In this document: piece after piece, positions 17,499-21,759 of the stretch
How positions within the stretch are numbered: the first letter of the stretch is position 1
Layout of the letters: each line of letters starts with the position of its first letter
Assembly (NCBI GenBank): GCA_964525635.1
Contig: CAZGJX010000076.1
Coordinates: forward strand, 1 to 21,759
DNA: 21,759 nt
Direction of reading: 5' to 3'
From: an uncultured archaeon
GTDB lineage: Archaea; Asgardarchaeota; Lokiarchaeia; Sigyniarchaeales; SOKP01
Translations under genes and position numbers: made by a program
The notes under the pieces: model-generated
Database searches by the model: none
What the model was told of the DNA's origin: nothing
The model's input: only the letters and a program-made list of their open reading frames with translations

Positions 17499-18674
17499 TT
17501 ATAGATCTAATCCTCCTTCTGCCCCCATTTTTAAAATTTCAATCATCGTTCCTGTATAATCGTTTTCTACTTTGAACCAGTTTTCGTTGGGAGAAAATGT
17601 TAAACTATAAATAAAAGTCCGCTTGTCAGTAGCGAAAGGAGCTTTCTCGACAAAAGTTTTCATTAATGGATGAAAATGTATAGGGACTTGATCTTGTCCT
17701 TCAGGACAGAGAACTCCAAAGCAAACTCGCTCTATTTTATCAGATTCCCAATTAAAAGTGTAATAGATAGTAGTGGCCTGACGACACCGTTCCATTACTT
17801 CAGGAGGACCCACTTTATAATTAAGATCTTTAAGCATAGCTTCACACTTTTCTCGTGTCACCTTTCCCGGTTTTACAATGAAATATATATTCACCGTCTT
17901 ATGACAAAAATCGAGAGCAAATAAGCAAAAATCAGATAAACCATGTTTTTTAAAATAATCTTTCAGCGTTAATATGCTCTTCGGAAACGTTTCCATTGAA
18001 TAGACGCCTTCGACAGGACAAGGTGTGATAAAATTCCAGAGTTTTGTTAATCCTACTCTAACATCCAAATCTACGCCATGACCCATAATTTCAAACTTAT
18101 CGTAGATCTCATAGAACATTTTATGGAGAGGGTGTCCATTTTTTTCAAGTAAACCCTCATTAATAGCTGTAATATAGGGATCAGGATCATGTTTTACCAT
18201 CAACTCAACATATCTTATTGAAACATCTCTTTCTTCTTTTGGTTTAGTAGTAGTTCTAATTGAGATTGAAGAACCGGAGAAAAAAGTTTTATAGGCATTT
18301 AGAACCTTCCAGATTGCTTCTTCATTACATTTTACTCCAGTGATGTCTCCAATTTTATTTAAATCCTCAACGGTTTGATTTAGATCTACATTATTTTTAA
18401 ATCCACTTTTAACATAAACCATGTATTTTAAATAATCAATACCTAATGATTTTATATCTTCAATCATTCCAGGCTGTATCGCTGGGGGAGTTACTTCAAA
18501 TATAGCTACTACTAGATCTCTCTCTGCAATAGTTTTTCCTTTTCGATCCTCGCATTTTTTTTCTGCTGTGTTAAACAGAACTGGTCCAATAATAGGTCTA
18601 ACATTAACGGGCATTTTCAGAACCATATTTTCATAAAGTTGTCTAACTTCTGGTTGCCATTCCATTTTTTTCAC
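17499..18674 (-). CDS. ABBA-type aromatic prenyltransferase (NphB/CloQ-like) with N-terminal DUF2621/PCP_red-like module, copy 1
   Basis: SIRTTTKP..RDVSIRY, DPY..A..EGL, GHP, GVDLDV..GLTKLW, LDF..KTVNIYF, IYYTFNWES..IERVCF, WFKVENDY. Same 391-aa length as its paralogue. GTG start (or ATG at 18665). Confidence 0.83.
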   Translation of the reverse strand: MKKMEWQPEVRQLYENMVLKMPVNVRPIIGPVLFNTAEKKCEDRKGKTIAERDLVVAIFEVTPPAIQPGMIEDIKSLGIDYLKYMVYVKSGFKNNVDLNQTVEDLNKIGDITGVKCNEEAIWKVLNAYKTFFSGSSISIRTTTKPKEERDVSIRYVELMVKHDPDPYITAINEGLLEKNGHPLHKMFYEIYDKFEIMGHGVDLDVRVGLTKLWNFITPCPVEGVYSMETFPKSILTLKDYFKKHGLSDFCLFALDFCHKTVNIYFIVKPGKVTREKCEAMLKDLNYKVGPPEVMERCRQATTIYYTFNWESDKIERVCFGVLCPEGQDQVPIHFHPLMKTFVEKAPFATDKRTFIYSLTFSPNENWFKVENDYTGTMIEILKMGAEGGLDL

Positions 18675-18690
18675 TTTTATAATTTTATTT

Positions 18691-20106
18691 TTATTTTTTT
18701 GATTGAATTAATTTTGTTTCCTTCTCTGGAGATAGATAGTCTTCATAGTCATGATCATTCTCATGCCAACAATATGGAAACGATGCAAAAAAGTCACCCG
18801 TTTCACATTCGGCATGCACCCTACATCCTCCACCACATAATTCAAGATGATGACAAGTAGCACATTTTCCTGTTCGCTTTCTATCTCTGATATCTTTAAA
18901 CAGTTGAGAATTCATTATTTCTTCAAAATTCTGTTCTAAGACATTTCCAAGGATTAGTTCAGAAGGATAATCACATGGAAAAAAATCTCCATTGACATCA
19001 ACACCTGAGACCAAACGACATGCTTGACATCCAACGCCCCATTCTAAAGCTGTAAGTTCTTCATCATTTATAGGATATTCCATAAACGGTACCATATCAA
19101 ATGTATTAGCTCTATTTAGAGTAGTAGCTTTTCCTTCTCTTATGGCTTCAACCACGTTTTTATACTTAAATTCATAGAATTCTTTATATTGTTCAGGAGT
19201 TAATCCAATTTCATCCCAATTATTTTTAGCATTTCTTTGCTTAATTACGGCTCTAAAAAATGGGATGGCGCCCCAACTTTCGATTTTTTCTTTTAGATCC
19301 TCAAGTTCATCAATGTTTATTCTCATTATTGTTGGTGTGCATATGACAAAATGGCCATACTTTACAGCTAATTTAACTGCTTTCTCTGCAGTCTCATATG
19401 CATTTGGCACACCTCTTATCTTTGCAGCTCTCTCAGGGCGAGTACTATCAATACTAATAAAAATATGGCTCATCTTGACCTCTGCTAATAATTTTGCAAG
19501 ATCATCGGTAAACATTATACCATTTGTCGCTATTGCTTGAAGATATTCTTTTTTATAACAATAATCGATTAAATCCTTAAGATCTTTTCGAAGAGTAGGC
19601 TCTCCTCCAAACCATATATAGCAACCTTTTCTTCCTTGCTTATTCAATGTTTGCTCGATATTTTCCACAATCTGAATCCAATGCTCTGTAGAGAGTTCTG
19701 GACGCGCATCATGAACCTCAGCAGCACAATGCATACATTTTTGATTACAGCGATCAGTAAGATACATTGTTATATGATAAACATTAGGTAAAAATGCTTC
19801 CCCTATTTCATCCCAAGATTTATAATACTTTTGTCTTATCTCTGAAAGTTGGACATAACGTTTAGCATTAATTCCTAATTTATGTAATGTACTCACTAGA
19901 GTAGCTTTTAAAGACTCTGGTGTAATTTTTACTAATGCTGTTATCAAATCGTCTTTGCTTACATAACCAGAATTCCTTAATCTCGCATTCTCCTCTGCAT
20001 TATCATGTAAGAGAGGCTTTACTGCGGAGCGGAATCCTTCGGGAACTTGATTTGTAAGAGTTACAAATAGTTCATTTACTTCACTTTTCCATTCCAAATT
20101 TTTCAT
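18691..20106 (-). CDS. Radical SAM/SPASM protein with N-terminal DUF2621/PCP_red-like module, copy 1
   Basis: CNQKCMHC, FGGEPTLR, ATNG, ISIDS; SPASM GCQAC...GDFFPC...CATC...CGGGCR...PYC. Confidence 0.93.
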   Translation of the reverse strand: MKNLEWKSEVNELFVTLTNQVPEGFRSAVKPLLHDNAEENARLRNSGYVSKDDLITALVKITPESLKATLVSTLHKLGINAKRYVQLSEIRQKYYKSWDEIGEAFLPNVYHITMYLTDRCNQKCMHCAAEVHDARPELSTEHWIQIVENIEQTLNKQGRKGCYIWFGGEPTLRKDLKDLIDYCYKKEYLQAIATNGIMFTDDLAKLLAEVKMSHIFISIDSTRPERAAKIRGVPNAYETAEKAVKLAVKYGHFVICTPTIMRINIDELEDLKEKIESWGAIPFFRAVIKQRNAKNNWDEIGLTPEQYKEFYEFKYKNVVEAIREGKATTLNRANTFDMVPFMEYPINDEELTALEWGVGCQACRLVSGVDVNGDFFPCDYPSELILGNVLEQNFEEIMNSQLFKDIRDRKRTGKCATCHHLELCGGGCRVHAECETGDFFASFPYCWHENDHDYEDYLSPEKETKLIQSKK

Positions 20107-20196
20107 CTCTTTTTTTTTTAGTTTTTATTATTAAAAAGGAATAATTTCTAATTTTAAATGATAAAATTAGCATTAAATAGAAATAAAAATAAATAA

Positions 20197-20943
20197 TTAA
20201 CAAATTAGAACCCCTATTTTGCTTATATATATAGAAGAATTTTTAAAAAGAGTATTTAGGAAATTTTGTAACCATTCTAAATTTCTAGAATAATTAGTTA
20301 AAAAAGAGAAGAAGCAAGAACATAGAGGAAAGAAATATGGCAAAAAATAATAATGTTTTTTATAAAAAATAAGAAAAAAATAGAAAATTTCATTTTGAAA
20401 GAGTTTATACCGGAATTTTTCCTCACCTATAGTTCCCTTAAATTCCTCATAATTTATGCTATTAAAGTTTTCATTATTCTTTTGGTTTAAATGATGAAAT
20501 TCAAATAAATACCCAATATTATCATTTAAATCAAAATTATTAGAATTATTATCAAGATTTTTAAAATTATCATAAGAGCAAGGGAAATAAATATCATATT
20601 CATATAAATATCCTTCAATATAACTTTTTTTTATATATTGATAAAATAATCTTTCAAAATAACTAGCTAGATTAATAAGAATAAAAAAATCAATCACTTG
20701 ACCAAGGCTTAAATAAATTTTAGCATTTTTTTCTGTAATAAACCAAAAAATATTGATATCTGAAAACCATGGAACAAAAATTGAACTATTGGATGAAATA
20801 TAATTTTTTAATAAACTATCAAAATCTGTAATATTTTGTATGAAGAGATATAAAAATGAGATTGGTAGAGATAATGTAAGGAATACCAAAATTATAATAA
20901 CTAAAATCTTTAAATTTTTGGATTGTTTTTTATATTTGTCCAT
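20197..20943 (-). CDS. Hypothetical membrane protein
   Basis: 248-codon ORF in very AT-rich DNA with an N-terminal TM helix and an aromatic-rich C-terminal segment; no recognisable motif. Confidence 0.5.
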   Translation of the reverse strand: MDKYKKQSKNLKILVIIILVFLTLSLPISFLYLFIQNITDFDSLLKNYISSNSSIFVPWFSDINIFWFITEKNAKIYLSLGQVIDFFILINLASYFERLFYQYIKKSYIEGYLYEYDIYFPCSYDNFKNLDNNSNNFDLNDNIGYLFEFHHLNQKNNENFNSINYEEFKGTIGEEKFRYKLFQNEIFYFFLIFYKKHYYFLPYFFPLCSCFFSFLTNYSRNLEWLQNFLNTLFKNSSIYISKIGVLIC

Positions 20944-21125
20944 CTTTTAATAAAAATTGATATTTTTAAATTTGCTTTCAACACAAAGAGAAACGATAAT
21001 TCTTTTTAAAAAACCATTATATTAAAAACTTAGTTTTTAAAGGAGTAATTCTAATTTATATTTAAAAAAAGTCCTCATTGTTGATAATACTAAATTCAAC
21101 TCCAAAAATTAATCGAATTAACAAT

Positions 21126-21659
21126 TTAAGATTTAACTTTATGTTCTTTAAATTTCATATAGATAGAAGTTTTAGAAATATTATATTTATAATCTCTAGG
21201 AAATATTTTTATAATTTCTCTTATAAGATTATCAATTTTTTGTTTGGTTATCTCGGGGTGGGTTTGATTTAAATCAGGATCTAATTTGTGTAAATATACA
21301 GAAACTTCTATTTTAGAATCATTGTTGATCAATAAATTAACAATTTTCTGTAAAAAATCAAGAGATGGGGCATATTTTTTTTTATCTTGTATATCAATTA
21401 CAAATAAAATTTTTTTCGTATTAACCAAATAACTATAGAAATTCTTTAAATATTCATTTATGTATTCTTTTTGACCACCAAACTCCCAAACAATATATTC
21501 TTGATCAATTGCTTGATACTTAATAAAATCAATATGAATAGTAGGTTTTATTTCAGAAAAAGAGGATAAATTACGGAATCCTTGAAAATATTTTAAAATT
21601 GAGGTCTTTCCACTATTACTGAGTCCCAATAGTAACATTCTAGAATAAGGTTTAGACAT
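21126..21659 (-). CDS. Ras-superfamily small GTPase (Arf/Rag-like, Asgard type)
   Basis: G1 GLSNSGKTS, G2 KPT, G3 WEFGGQ, ILFVID, G4 HKLD, G5 KTSI. Confidence 0.9.
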   Translation of the reverse strand: MSKPYSRMLLLGLSNSGKTSILKYFQGFRNLSSFSEIKPTIHIDFIKYQAIDQEYIVWEFGGQKEYINEYLKNFYSYLVNTKKILFVIDIQDKKKYAPSLDFLQKIVNLLINNDSKIEVSVYLHKLDPDLNQTHPEITKQKIDNLIREIIKIFPRDYKYNISKTSIYMKFKEHKVKS

Positions 21660-21704
21660 AAATCCTTTAATATTTATTCAAAATAAAAAAAAAAACTGAT
21701 GTTT

Positions 21705-21759
21705 ATAATTGAGTAAATTTTACTCTTAATCTTTTTCATTTTTTTTGCTTATTTTTGTA
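21705..21759. repeat. Right copy of exact 55-bp inverted repeat
   Basis: Reverse complement of 1-55; lies 45 bp upstream of the GTPase start codon. Confidence 0.97.

Noticed and set aside
11739-19540. Short + strand ORFs (11739, 13127, 13754, 14071, 17670, 18639, 19265)
   Set aside because: All antisense to well-supported operon genes, with no recognisable motifs.
11543-20106. RiPP cluster (rSAM/SPASM maturases plus U32 'peptidases')
   Set aside because: No short co-oriented precursor ORF, transporter or PqqD/RRE-like domain is seen (the shared module looks all-helical), and characterised U32 proteins are Fe-S hydroxylation factors. A distant precursor cannot be excluded.
21078-21272. 64-aa + strand ORF
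   Set aside because: Antisense overlap with the GTPase gene.

Overview
AT-rich 21.8-kb window, most likely from an Asgard archaeon (Lokiarchaeia-like; inferred from an Arf/Rag-type small GTPase and a vWA/C4HC3 zinc-finger protein, not from a marker gene). The left half holds an IS630 element with a frameshifted transposase, a vWA-Zn-finger protein, a DM13 gene broken into two halves around a ~1.85-kb insert bounded by 40-bp direct repeats (DUF6064-like membrane protein, HxlR regulator, nrdD 3' scrap), then catalase, a YbaN-like protein, an alpha/beta hydrolase and an HtpG/Hsp90 with a repeat-encoded charged linker. The standout is a six-gene minus-strand cluster (11543-20106): radical SAM/SPASM, ABBA (NphB/CloQ-type) aromatic prenyltransferase, U32 protein, U32-SCP2 fusion, radical SAM/SPASM, ABBA prenyltransferase. 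Five of its six proteins carry the same gap-free 79-residue helical DUF2621/PCP_red-like module. This suggests an undescribed oxygen-independent pathway for a prenylated aromatic lipid (quinone- or phenazine-like), possibly assembled through a shared docking domain. The window ends are an exact 55-bp inverted repeat. No tRNA, rRNA or CRISPR array was seen. All family calls are by motif recognition; no searches were run.
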